From Clostridia bacterium (GTDB lineage Bacteria; Bacillota; Clostridia; TANB77; CAG-508): DNA of 64,000 nucleotides. The position numbers were made by a program, and so were the translations under genes. The stretch is from positions 625 to 64,624 of the forward strand of contig JBJFFE010000016.1 in assembly GCA_051891435.1 (NCBI GenBank), given 5' to 3'. Numbering within the stretch: position 1 is the stretch's first letter; every line of letters starts with the position of its first letter. The notes below the pieces were generated by a model. It was not told where the DNA came from, did no database searches, and saw only the letters and a program-made list of their open reading frames with translations. Shown piece by piece: positions 48,595-58,332 of the stretch.

Positions 48595-49248
48595 ATGGAA
48601 ATATTATTAATAGAAGATAACTCAAGTATAGTAAAAGGACTAGAATACTCATTTAAGCAAAAAAATTATAACCTAAATGTAGCAACAAATTTAAGAGAGG
48701 CAACACAAATAATTAAAGAAAGAAAAATAAATCTTATAATTTTAGATATAACTCTTCCTGATGGAAATGGACTAAAATTTTATGAAAACACAGCTAAAAA
48801 AACAAATATCTCAACGATATTTTTAACAGCACAAGATGATGAAGAAACAATAGTAAAAGCCTTAAATATGGGAGCAGATGATTATATTACAAAACCATTT
48901 GGAGCTAAAGAGTTATTGGCAAGAGTTAATAAAATAATATTACGAAATAAGAAAAATAGTATAATCAGTGTAAAAAATATTAAATTCGATATGGATAAAA
49001 TGCTGGTTTATAAAGAAGATAAACCACTTGAACTAACTAGTTTAGAACTAAAAATTTTACATTTGCTATTTTTAAACTTAAATAAAGTAGTAAAAAGAGA
49101 AGATATAATAGAAAAAATATGGGAATGGACTGGAAATGATGTAAATGACAACACAGTAACAGTTTATTTAAAAAGAATAAGAGAAAAAATAGATACTGAT
49201 ATCATTACAACAGTAAAAGGGATAGGGTATAGAATTGATGAAGAATAA
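48595..49248 (+). CDS. OmpR-family response regulator
   Basis: 217 aa. Receiver domain (DITLPDG, LTAQDD, KPF) and winged-helix output ending in VKGIGYRIDE. Confidence 0.9.
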   Translation: MEILLIEDNSSIVKGLEYSFKQKNYNLNVATNLREATQIIKERKINLIILDITLPDGNGLKFYENTAKKTNISTIFLTAQDDEETIVKALNMGADDYITKPFGAKELLARVNKIILRNKKNSIISVKNIKFDMDKMLVYKEDKPLELTSLELKILHLLFLNLNKVVKREDIIEKIWEWTGNDVNDNTVTVYLKRIREKIDTDIITTVKGIGYRIDEE

Positions 49249-50446
49249 AATTGAATTAAGAAAAACTTTAATATGTATTTTGTGTGTTATAGTTCTAGCG
49301 GTCGCTCTCTTTGGAGCAATTTACGTTTATCAATATAAGGTATACACAAATAATTTTAATAATAAAATTGCAATGATAATAACAAAGCTAACTGAAGAGT
49401 ATCCAGATTTAAGTGAAAGCGAATTATTTGAAATAGTTAATCAACAAGGAAATATTAAGGAAAAGCTTTTTGATACCTATGGGATAAACTTAAATAAAGA
49501 TGCTGTAGTTATTGAAAATGAGAGGATTTTTAGCAAATTCCTAATTTGCAACATAATATTTATAGTATTTATTTGCATAATAATATTGTTTTTATTTTTA
49601 AGATATAATAAGTCAAAAGATAAGAAACTAAATGAAATAACAAAATACATAGAGGAAATAAATAATAAAAATTATAAGCTAGATATTGACGATAATAGCG
49701 AAGATGAATTATCGATATTAAAAAATGAAATTTATAAAACAACTATAATGCTAAAGGAAATAGCAGAAAATTCAAAACAAGATAAAATAAAATTAAAAGA
49801 TTCTTTGTCAGATATATCACATCAATTAAAAACACCATTGACATCAATTACAATACTAATAGATAATATTATAGATAATCCAGAAATGGATAAAGAAACA
49901 AAAGCAGAGTTTGCAAAAGACATAAAAAGAGAAGTAACAAATATTAATTTTTTAGTACAAGCATTATTAAAACTATCAAAATTAGATGCAAACTCGGTTA
50001 AGTTTATAAATGAAGACGTGACAGTAGAAAGTATTATAACAGAAAGCATGAAAAATGTTGCAATATTAAGCGATTTGAGAAATGTTAAAATTCAAGTTAA
50101 TGGAGATAAAAATGCAAAAGTACATTGTGATTTTAAATGGCAAGTAGAAGCAATAACAAACATCTTAAAAAATGCAATAGAACACTCAAACACCAATGGA
50201 AATATACAAATAAACTATGAAGAAAATCAAGTTTATACTAAAATAGAAATTATTGATTATGGAGTGGGAATTGATAAAGAAGACTTACCACATATATTTG
50301 AAAGATTTTATAAAGGAAAAAACTCATCTCCAGAAAGTGTGGGAATAGGCCTTGCTTTGTCAAAATTAATAATTGAAAATAATAATGGATATATTAGTGT
50401 AGAAGCGGAACAAGGAACAAAGTTTATAATTAAGTATTTGAAGTAA
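49235..50446 (+). CDS. Sensor histidine kinase
   Basis: 403 aa. Two TM helices, H-box SDISHQLKTPLTSI, N-box NAIEHS and G-boxes DYGVGI / GIGLALSK. Confidence 0.9.
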   Translation: MMKNKIELRKTLICILCVIVLAVALFGAIYVYQYKVYTNNFNNKIAMIITKLTEEYPDLSESELFEIVNQQGNIKEKLFDTYGINLNKDAVVIENERIFSKFLICNIIFIVFICIIILFLFLRYNKSKDKKLNEITKYIEEINNKNYKLDIDDNSEDELSILKNEIYKTTIMLKEIAENSKQDKIKLKDSLSDISHQLKTPLTSITILIDNIIDNPEMDKETKAEFAKDIKREVTNINFLVQALLKLSKLDANSVKFINEDVTVESIITESMKNVAILSDLRNVKIQVNGDKNAKVHCDFKWQVEAITNILKNAIEHSNTNGNIQINYEENQVYTKIEIIDYGVGIDKEDLPHIFERFYKGKNSSPESVGIGLALSKLIIENNNGYISVEAEQGTKFIIKYLK

Positions 50447-50595
50447 GGGAAATTCCAAAATTTGTAAAATTTAAATTCTTTTCTTGCTTTTTTGTAAAAA
50501 ATATTATATAGTATTGGACATAGGAAATGAGAATAAGCAGATGTGAGTGTTACCTTTGATTCCTCGAGCTTATCGAGAGATTGGAGGTGGTGTTT

Positions 50596-50703
50596 ATGGT
50601 AGATTTTTTAATATTCCTAATTTTAGGATTTATGATTTCTGTAACTATAAACGTTGCCTTATTAAGCGTTATATACATAATACTATCTAATAGGGAACAA
50701 TAA
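50596..50703 (+). CDS. Candidate type I toxin: 35-aa hydrophobic peptide
   Basis: MVDFLIFLILGFMISVTINVALLSVIYIILSNREQ. A strong RBS ggaggtgg lies 5-6 nt upstream. Convergent with a promoter/terminator-defined antisense transcript. Confidence 0.35.
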   Translation: MVDFLIFLILGFMISVTINVALLSVIYIILSNREQ

Positions 50704-50789
50704 AAATACACCACATTTTGCTCCGCCAAGCAATGTGGTGTAATCATATATTTATGGTAGCGCACATTTCTGTGGCTTTTCATTTCCTA
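50698..50789 (-). ncRNA. Candidate small antisense RNA (about 90 nt), defined only by promoter and terminator
   Basis: Minus-strand TTGACA (50823-50818), 17 nt, TATAAT (50800-50795). The hairpin acaccacatt...aatgtggtgt (50741-50708) is followed on the minus strand by a U-run. The 3' end overlaps the stop-codon region of the 35-aa ORF. Confidence 0.3.
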
Positions 50790-50853
50790 TTTTTATTATA
50801 CACATGTTTTTAGACTTTGTCAAATGATTTTGGGAATTTTATTATATAGTATT

Positions 50854-50880
50854 TGTAGGGGCGCATGATTGCGCCCCTAT
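50854..50880. repeat. GC-rich hairpin of the TGTAGGGG family
   Basis: tgtaggggcgcatgattgcgcccctat. Confidence 0.6.
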
Positions 50881-50936
50881 GCCGTTTAAAATAAATTAAT
50901 TGAGCATTAACCAAAATTTTTATCAAAAACAAATGT

Positions 50937-50965
50937 TTGACAGCAATAAGAAAATGTTGTATAAT
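50937..50965 (+). promoter_or_regulatory. Consensus promoter of the Y-family polymerase operon, with a partial SOS-box-like palindrome overlapping the -35
   Basis: TTGACA (50937-42), 17 nt, TATAAT (50960-65). AAACAAATGTTT (50927-38) resembles the Gram-positive GAAC-N4-GTTC box with both outer positions degenerate. Confidence 0.55.
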
Positions 50966-50996
50966 ATCAAAAAATAATTAAGGAAGTGCAAACCTT

Positions 50997-52253
50997 ATGC
51001 AGAGCATTTATTTTTGTATAGATTTAAAAACATTTTTTGCTTCAGTAGAGTGTGTAGAAAGAAAACTAAATCCATTTACCACAAACTTAGTTGTAGCAGA
51101 CCCAGATAGAGGCAGAGGAGGAATATGCTTAGCAGTATCTCCTAAAATGAAAAATTTAGGAGTGAAAAATAGATGTAGAATTTATGAAATACCACCCAAC
51201 ATTAAATATATAACTGCAAAACCTCGTATGAAAAAATATATAGAATACGCAGCAAATATTTATGGAGTTTATCTAAAATACTTTGCAAAAGAGGATATTC
51301 ATGTATATTCAATAGATGAAGTGTTTATAGATGTAACACATTATTTACAAATGTATAATAAGACTCCAACAGACCTTGCAAAAAAAGTTATGCAAGATGT
51401 ATTTAATACTTATGGAGTTACAGCAACAGCAGGAATCGGAACAAATATGTATTTAACTAAAATTGCATTAGATATAACAGCAAAACACATCACCACAAAC
51501 ATCGGATATTTAGATGAAGAAAAATATAAAAAAGAATTATGGCATCATAAACCATTAACAGACTTTTGGCAAGTAGGAAAAGGTATAGAAAAGAGATTAA
51601 ATAAAATGGGCTTATTTGATATGTATGATGTGGCTCATGCTGACCCTAGGACATTATATAAAGAATTTGGAATAAATGCAGAATTATTAATTGACCATGC
51701 TTGGGGAAGAGAAACTTGTACAATGGAAGATATAAAACAATATAAACCAAAAACAAAATCACTTTCTAATAGTCAAATTTTATTTGAAAATTATTCATTT
51801 GATAAAGCAAGACTTGCCCTAAAAGAGATGGTAGAATTAGGAAGTTTACGATTAATAGAAAATAATTTTGTAACAGATACAGTTTGCTTGTATGTTGGCT
51901 ATTCAAACGATGCAATTCCTGCAACTAAAGGAACAGAGCATACTACAAATGCAACAAATGTATATACTGAGCTTGTAAAAGCATTTTTAAGAGCATTTGA
52001 TAAAACAACAAATAGAAATGAACTAATAAGAAAACTAGGAATAAGTTTTGAAAATGTGAACGAAAGACAAGATATACAATTAAGCTTGTTTGTAGACCAG
52101 GAAAAAGTAGATAAAGAAAGAAGACTAGAACTTACAATTAGTAGCATGAAAAATAAGATGGGTAAAAATGCAATATTAAGAGGGATGAACTTAGAAGAAG
52201 GTGCAACAACGCCAATAAGAAATAGACTAATAGGAGGGCATAACGGTGAATAG
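50997..52253 (+). CDS. Y-family (translesion) DNA polymerase, UvrX/YqjW/UmuC-like
   Basis: 418 aa. IDLKTFFASVE, YSIDEVFIDVT and GIGTNMYLTKIA motifs of the palm/fingers domains. Confidence 0.85.
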   Translation: MQSIYFCIDLKTFFASVECVERKLNPFTTNLVVADPDRGRGGICLAVSPKMKNLGVKNRCRIYEIPPNIKYITAKPRMKKYIEYAANIYGVYLKYFAKEDIHVYSIDEVFIDVTHYLQMYNKTPTDLAKKVMQDVFNTYGVTATAGIGTNMYLTKIALDITAKHITTNIGYLDEEKYKKELWHHKPLTDFWQVGKGIEKRLNKMGLFDMYDVAHADPRTLYKEFGINAELLIDHAWGRETCTMEDIKQYKPKTKSLSNSQILFENYSFDKARLALKEMVELGSLRLIENNFVTDTVCLYVGYSNDAIPATKGTEHTTNATNVYTELVKAFLRAFDKTTNRNELIRKLGISFENVNERQDIQLSLFVDQEKVDKERRLELTISSMKNKMGKNAILRGMNLEEGATTPIRNRLIGGHNGE

Positions 52254-52560
52254 ACAAGAAAGAGCAAAACAATTTATGGCATTTGATGCATTAAAAGGTT
52301 TACAAGAAGAATTAAGAAAAAAAGAAATAGAATATGAACAAAAAAAGGAAATATCAGAATGGGTATTGGAAGAACTAGAAAATGAACTTAGAAAAATAAA
52401 TGTAGGTGAAAAAGTACAAGTTAAATATTACAAAGATGGGAAATATAAAAATATTGTAGGAATAGTAAAAAAGATAAATTACATAAAAAAAGAAATTGAA
52501 ATTAACGGAGAAATTATAAATGTAAATGACGTAATAGATTTAACTATTGTCAAAAAATAG
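52246..52560 (+). CDS. YolD-like protein (accessory partner of Y-family polymerases in Firmicutes)
   Basis: 104 aa. N-terminal RAKQFMAFDALKGL motif. Overlaps the polymerase gene by 8 nt, as in uvrX-yolD type pairs. Confidence 0.6.
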   Translation: MNRQERAKQFMAFDALKGLQEELRKKEIEYEQKKEISEWVLEELENELRKINVGEKVQVKYYKDGKYKNIVGIVKKINYIKKEIEINGEIINVNDVIDLTIVKK

Positions 52561-52595
52561 GTGTTATGATAAAATTACAAAAAATGGAGGATTTT

Positions 52596-52771
52596 ATGAT
52601 TGATTTACACATACATACAAATCATTCTGATGGAACGGATACAGTAGAACCGACTATCACGCTAAAAATAAGCCAGATGTGAAACTAGGAACAGGAATAA
52701 ACAACAATATGAAAATAGATAAAGAAATTATACAAAATTGGATAATGAATAGGAATTTAAAAATTTTATAA
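52596..52771 (+). pseudogene. Remnant of a PHP-domain phosphoesterase: N-terminal 18 or so codons fused out of frame to the last 40 or so codons
   Basis: MIDLHIHTNHSDGTDTVE (PHP motif I) after RBS ggagg. Then, in another frame, ...DYHAKNKPDVKLGTGINNN...LKIL (PHP C-terminal DxH region). The middle of the gene is missing. Confidence 0.55.
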
Positions 52772-52848
52772 AAAGGTATATAAAACACCAAAATTATTTA
52801 TAATATTAACAGTAATAACATTTAATAAGGACAAGAAGTGAGGGAAAA

Positions 52849-54039
52849 ATGAACAATTATAAAGTTTATTTGAGCATGAGAATTGTAAAAACAATATTAA
52901 ATGGTTTTATTGATAGTTTTTTTGTTTTATACTTTTTAGATGTATCACATAGCAATATATTGCCACTTGGAATATACAAATTGATAGCAATTTCTGCTAT
53001 TTATGCTGTTATGTTCTTCTCAAGAAATTTTTGCACATCAAAGAAAAGAATAAATCTAACTAGAACAGGAATTATATTAAACCTTTTATACTTTTTGGCA
53101 ATTATAATATTAAGAGAAAATGTAACAAAATATATGTATATAGTAGGATTATTATATGGATTAGGGGAAGGCTTCTATTTCTCAGTTTATAATAATATTG
53201 AATCAGATGGTATAAAAAATGAAGAAAGAGCAAAATATTTGGGAACATACCGTGCTTTATCAGCAATTATATCTATAATATATCCATTAGTATTTGGTGG
53301 TATAATTTATGAGACAGGCTTTATAAAAAGTTTACTAATATTAATGGTAATGGTAGTTGCTCTAATTGTATTATCATTTATGATTAAAGATCACAATGTG
53401 CCTAAGAAAGCAAAAACAGACTTAAGAGCTTATGCCAATATTGCAAAGAAAAACGAAGTAATCAAAAAATCATATATTGTACAATTTTTTGATGGATTAA
53501 CTTATTCAGAAGGTGCTTTTTCATATATAGTTACAATTTATATAATAAAAGTATTTTCCAATAGTGTAAGTCTAGGAATATTTACATCTATATTTAGCTT
53601 AATCACAGCTTTATTAGGAATATTGTTTGCTAAATGTATTAAACCAAAACATTATGCAAGCATAATAAAGGTTTCTACGGTGTTTACAGTAATTTCATTG
53701 TGCTTAATGATATATAAATGCAACATGATTACAATTATATTGTTTAATTTGTTCAAGACATTTTCTAGAGAATTAATGGACTTAATAAATTTAAAAAATA
53801 AGACAAATACTTCTAATTTAAGCATAATACAAAAAGAATATAAAGTAGAATATTGGTTTGGTGTGGAAACAGCATTATTTATAGGAAGATTAATAAGTAA
53901 TTCTTTATTCATCCTAATGGCATTTACTGGAGCTGGTGTAATGATATATATTTTCGCAATATTCTTAATACTTTTTGCAAGGGCATTAATTAACTTACAA
54001 AAAACAGTAGAGTGTAATAAAGAAAATGTAGAAATATGA
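52849..54039 (+). CDS. MFS-type transporter
   Basis: 396 aa, about 12 TM helices in a 6+6 arrangement with a central basic loop (HNVPKKAKTDLR). Confidence 0.6.
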   Translation: MNNYKVYLSMRIVKTILNGFIDSFFVLYFLDVSHSNILPLGIYKLIAISAIYAVMFFSRNFCTSKKRINLTRTGIILNLLYFLAIIILRENVTKYMYIVGLLYGLGEGFYFSVYNNIESDGIKNEERAKYLGTYRALSAIISIIYPLVFGGIIYETGFIKSLLILMVMVVALIVLSFMIKDHNVPKKAKTDLRAYANIAKKNEVIKKSYIVQFFDGLTYSEGAFSYIVTIYIIKVFSNSVSLGIFTSIFSLITALLGILFAKCIKPKHYASIIKVSTVFTVISLCLMIYKCNMITIILFNLFKTFSRELMDLINLKNKTNTSNLSIIQKEYKVEYWFGVETALFIGRLISNSLFILMAFTGAGVMIYIFAIFLILFARALINLQKTVECNKENVEI

Positions 54040-54086
54040 GGTAGGACAAACTATAAATTTTATATAGGAATAACAAGGGGAACAGC

Positions 54087-54686
54087 ATGTATTTAAAAAA
54101 AGTTGATATTAAAGAATTTAAAAAAGTAATATATCTAGCATATAAAAGTATATTTCCAGAGTCAGAAAGAAAAGATTATGCAGATATAAAGAAATCATAT
54201 AATAATAATATTACCGATATAATTGAGATTATAGTAGAAGAGCAGTTTGTAGGGTTTTTTATAATAGATTTCCTAAAAGATAGTCCATATGTACTGTTAG
54301 ATTTTTTCGCCATTTTACCAAAATATCAAAATAAAGGATATGGAAGTGAAGCAATAAAATTATTAAAGGAAATGTATAAAGATTATGATGGTATATTTAT
54401 AGAAATTGAAAAAATAGGCAATGGAGATAATGAAAAAGAAAATCAAATTAGACAAAGAAGAGCAAAATTTTATGAAAATTTAGGCTTTCACAAATTGGGA
54501 TTTGATATAGAACTATATTCTGTTTTATTTTCTGCATATATGCTACCTTGCGCAAAAAATATATTTGCAGATGAAAAAGTAATAAAAAATATTTTAGAAA
54601 TATATAATGCAATTTTAGGAGAGAAAAAAATAAAAAAGAATTGTAAAATTATAATTGGACAAGAAATAAAGTGGAAAATTTGTTGA
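54087..54686 (+). CDS. GNAT-family N-acetyltransferase
   Basis: 199 aa with a PKYQNKGYGSEAIK (Q/RxxGxG/A acetyl-CoA motif) core. Confidence 0.8.
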   Translation: MYLKKVDIKEFKKVIYLAYKSIFPESERKDYADIKKSYNNNITDIIEIIVEEQFVGFFIIDFLKDSPYVLLDFFAILPKYQNKGYGSEAIKLLKEMYKDYDGIFIEIEKIGNGDNEKENQIRQRRAKFYENLGFHKLGFDIELYSVLFSAYMLPCAKNIFADEKVIKNILEIYNAILGEKKIKKNCKIIIGQEIKWKIC

Positions 54687-54781
54687 CAACATAGTAAATT
54701 TATTATAAAATACAAACAATAGTTCTGATACAGCAAAAACAGTTATATAAATATAGAAAAATATAAAAGAGGTAATTTAAA

Positions 54782-55795
54782 TTGAGTAATATAGAAAACT
54801 TAAAAGATTTAATAATATATCAAAGTCAAAATAATAAGAACATATCAGTAGAAGTTTTATATAATGAAGAAGATTTTTGGTTAACTCAAAAATCAATGTC
54901 TAAATTATTTAATGTTGAAGTACATACCATTAATTATCATTTAAAAGAAATTTTTAAGTCAGAAGAGCTAAAAGAAGAAACAGTTATTCGAAAAATTCGA
55001 ATAACTGCAAATGATGGAAAAAAATATAATACTAATTTCTATAGCTTAGATGCTATTATATCAGTTGGCTATAGAGTAAATTCAAAAGAAGCCACTGATT
55101 TCAGAATTTGGGCAACAAAAACATTGAAGGAATATATAAAGAAGGGTTTTGTTGTTAATAGTGAATTATTAAAAAATGGCCCTAAATTTGGAAAAGATTA
55201 TTTTGATGAATTATTAATTAAGATAAAAGAAATTAGAGCTAGTGAAAGAAGATTTTACCAAAAAATAACTGATATATATAAAGAATGTAGCTTTGATTAT
55301 GATAAAAATAGTGAAACAACAAAAGAATTTTATAAAAATGTTCAAAATAAATTACATTTTGCAATTACTGGAATGACTGCTCCTGAAATAATTTATAATA
55401 GAGTAGATAGTAAAAAAGAAAATATGGGATTAACAACTTGGAAAAATGCACCAGATGGTAAAATACTTGAAACAGATGTAACAATAGCAAAAAATTATTT
55501 ATCACAAGAAGAAATTACAGAATTAAATAATCTAGTATCAATGTATCTTGATTATGCAGAACGTCAAGTAAAATTGAGAAAAATCATTTCAATGCAAGAA
55601 TGGAAAGAAAAGTTAGAGGTATTTTTAAAAATAAATGAGTACAATATCTTAGAAGATAATGGAAAGATAAAAAGAGAGATTGCAGATAAATTAGCTTTAG
55701 ATGAATATAAAAAATATAGAGTAATACAAGACCAGAAATATATTTCGGATTTTGATGAACTTATTACAGAAGCAAGAACATTGAAAAATAACTAA
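54782..55795 (+). CDS. RhuM-family (virulence RhuM-like) protein
   Basis: 337 aa, TTG start. WLTQKSMSKLF...INYHLKEIF, YSLDAIISVGYRVNS..ATDFRIWATK.LKEY..KGF and ASERRFYQKITDIY blocks are as I recall for this family. Confidence 0.75.
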   Translation: MSNIENLKDLIIYQSQNNKNISVEVLYNEEDFWLTQKSMSKLFNVEVHTINYHLKEIFKSEELKEETVIRKIRITANDGKKYNTNFYSLDAIISVGYRVNSKEATDFRIWATKTLKEYIKKGFVVNSELLKNGPKFGKDYFDELLIKIKEIRASERRFYQKITDIYKECSFDYDKNSETTKEFYKNVQNKLHFAITGMTAPEIIYNRVDSKKENMGLTTWKNAPDGKILETDVTIAKNYLSQEEITELNNLVSMYLDYAERQVKLRKIISMQEWKEKLEVFLKINEYNILEDNGKIKREIADKLALDEYKKYRVIQDQKYISDFDELITEARTLKNN

Positions 55796-56035
55796 GCAAC
55801 AAATTACAATTGCGCACAGGAATAGGACGAGTTTCATCTTCAATATATCAATTTATAACAATATGAGAATAAGCAGAAGTAGTGTGCCTCCTACATAAGA
55901 GAAGGTGAGGCTTATGATAGAAACATCATATTTAATAACAAAAATATCCCAAATACCTATTCTTTTCTTAAAGTTTATGGTATATTAGACACGGATAGAG
56001 AAATTTTATTTTATAACACAGAAAGGGGAAAGAAA

Positions 56036-56929
56036 ATGAGCTTAAAGTTAGAAAATGTGTCAAAAACATTTGCAGGGAAAAAAGCTGTAGACAATGTTTC
56101 ATTTAGTCTGGAAAAACCAGGCATATTTGGACTACTTGGAACTAATGGAGCAGGAAAAACCACAACAATAAGAATGTTACTGGGGATTATTAAAAAAGAT
56201 AGCGGTGAAATTACGTGGAAAGGTAAAGCAGTAGATAGAAAGAATGTAAATTTTGGATATTTACCAGAAGAAAGAGGAGTTTATCCAAAAACAAAAATAT
56301 TTGACCAGTTAATGTATTTTGCTGAATTAAAGGGAATGAAAAAAGATGAGGCAATAAATTCAATTAATAAATGGGCAAAAGAACTTAAAGTAGAAGAATA
56401 CTTGCAAATGCCAGCAGAAAAACTATCAAAAGGAAATCAACAAAAAATACAATTTATGACTGCAATAATACATAATCCAGAGCTGGTTGTTCTAGATGAA
56501 CCTTTTAGCGGACTAGATCCAGTAAATACAGAAATACTAAAAAATATTATAATAGACCTAGTAAAAAATGGAAAATATGTAATAATGTCAGCACATCAAA
56601 TGGCAACAATAGAGGAATTCTGTAGTGATATTTTAATATTAAATAAAGGAAAAACTGTATTGCAAGGAAATCTAAAAGAAATAAAAGAAACTTATCCTGC
56701 TAATAGAGTAGAAATAGATGTAAATCAAGATATAAGAAATTATATTAAAGACTTTAAATTGGAAATAGAAAACGAAACAAATAATAATTATGTTATAAAA
56801 ATAACAGACGAAGAAAAAGCTCATAATCTTTTGAATAAACTTATAACAGAAGGAATTAGAGTTGATAAATTTGAGATTAAAAAGCCTACTCTAAATGACA
56901 TCTTTATAGAGAAAGTAGGTGAACAATAA
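56036..56929 (+). CDS. ABC transporter ATP-binding protein (ABC-2/NatA-like)
   Basis: 297 aa. Walker A GTNGAGKTT, signature LSKGNQQK, Walker B VVLDEPFSGLD, plus a C-terminal accessory domain. Confidence 0.9.
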   Translation: MSLKLENVSKTFAGKKAVDNVSFSLEKPGIFGLLGTNGAGKTTTIRMLLGIIKKDSGEITWKGKAVDRKNVNFGYLPEERGVYPKTKIFDQLMYFAELKGMKKDEAINSINKWAKELKVEEYLQMPAEKLSKGNQQKIQFMTAIIHNPELVVLDEPFSGLDPVNTEILKNIIIDLVKNGKYVIMSAHQMATIEEFCSDILILNKGKTVLQGNLKEIKETYPANRVEIDVNQDIRNYIKDFKLEIENETNNNYVIKITDEEKAHNLLNKLITEGIRVDKFEIKKPTLNDIFIEKVGEQ

Positions 56930-56930
56930 T

Positions 56931-58163
56931 ATGAGAGATATTTTAACTGTAATGAAATTTACAATGAAAGATATGATAAAAAGAAAATCATTTATAATAT
57001 CAACTTTGATTATTCTGCTATTAATAGTAATTGGTTTTAATATACCAAATTTAATGAAAAAATTAAATGGTGAAAATACAGGAGACAAACTTTTAATAGT
57101 AGATAATGAAAATGTATTTGAAGGAAATTTGGAATTATTAAAACAAATGAATTTAGGATATGAATTTGAAATAACGAATCAAAATCTTAAATTTGATGAT
57201 ATAAAACAAAAAATAGAAAATGGAGAAATAGCAGAAGCCATAGTAATAGAAAAACAAGCAGGCAATGTAAAAATAAGATACATAGTAGAAAGTACAACTA
57301 TGATGGAAGAAGTACCAGAAGGCTTGATAAATACGTTTAACTCTTTGTATACTAGTATGCAAATTGGTAAATTAGGACTAACAGAAGAGGAGTTACAAAC
57401 AATTACACCAAATTTTGAATTTACTTTAGAACAAACAGATGATGAAGAAGCACAAGGAAATATTTTTGCAATGATGTTAATGTCTATTGTATTGTTCTAC
57501 GCAATATATTTTTGTGCATATCAAGTATCAAGCTCAATAACAACAGAAAAAACATCAAAAATAATGGAAACACTTGTAACATCTACTAGCCCTAGAACAA
57601 TAGTATTAGGAAAAACAATAGGAATAGGAGTTGTAGGATTATTACAAATGATAGTTATTGTGGCAACGGCATTAATAAGTGCTAAAGCATTTTTAGACCC
57701 AGAACTATTAAATAGTGTATTAGATATGTCTAATATTACACCATACCTAGGAATAATTACTATTATTTACTTTATACTAGGATATTTTACATATGCTTTA
57801 CTATATGCTTTAACAGGCTCAACTGTAAGCAAACCAGAGGATATACAGTCAGCAAACCAACCAGTAGCAATTTTAGCAGTAGTAGGATTTTATTTATCAT
57901 ATTTCACTATGATGAATCCTACAAGTAGCCTTAACTTATTTGCATCATTATTTCCAATATCATCACCATTTTGTATGCCATTTAGAATCATGATGGGCTT
58001 ATCAAATGGAACAGATGTAGCAATTTCTATTGCGATTTTAATAGTTACAATATTAGTTATAGCAAAAGTAGCAATAAAAATATATTCAAATGCAATATTA
58101 AATTATGGTACGAAAATGAGTTTTAAAGATATAATAAATATGTATAAAGAAAAACAAAATTAA
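56931..58163 (+). CDS. ABC-2 type permease (NatB-like)
   Basis: About 410 aa. TM1, a large external domain and a 5-TM bundle. ATG 56931 is preferred (aggtga 8 nt upstream) over the track start at 56919. Confidence 0.8.
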   Translation: MRDILTVMKFTMKDMIKRKSFIISTLIILLLIVIGFNIPNLMKKLNGENTGDKLLIVDNENVFEGNLELLKQMNLGYEFEITNQNLKFDDIKQKIENGEIAEAIVIEKQAGNVKIRYIVESTTMMEEVPEGLINTFNSLYTSMQIGKLGLTEEELQTITPNFEFTLEQTDDEEAQGNIFAMMLMSIVLFYAIYFCAYQVSSSITTEKTSKIMETLVTSTSPRTIVLGKTIGIGVVGLLQMIVIVATALISAKAFLDPELLNSVLDMSNITPYLGIITIIYFILGYFTYALLYALTGSTVSKPEDIQSANQPVAILAVVGFYLSYFTMMNPTSSLNLFASLFPISSPFCMPFRIMMGLSNGTDVAISIAILIVTILVIAKVAIKIYSNAILNYGTKMSFKDIINMYKEKQN

Positions 58164-58332
58164 AGACAATAAAAGAATCACCTTATATATGAGGTGATTC
58201 TTTTATTGAAACAATATAAATAAATAGAGAATAGTATTAAAAAATAATAGAAAATTGGAAAAAAATGTGATAACATATATATACTTCTAGAAAAGTTATA
58301 ACGTAACAATGATTATATTAGAGGTGAAAATT

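Noticed and set aside
50527-50559. Reading the shared ATGAGAATAAGCAGA block as a leader peptide (MRISRCECYL here, MRISRSSVPPT at 55863), as in an erm/cat-type attenuator.
   Set aside because: Neither copy has a usable SD: AGGA only 2 nt from the ATG in one, none in the other. I therefore treat the block as an RNA or DNA motif rather than a translated leader.
50550-50783. A 77-aa minus-strand ORF.
   Set aside because: It runs antisense through the 35-aa peptide ORF and its terminator hairpin and has no SD at useful spacing. The promoter/terminator pair fits a short non-coding RNA better.
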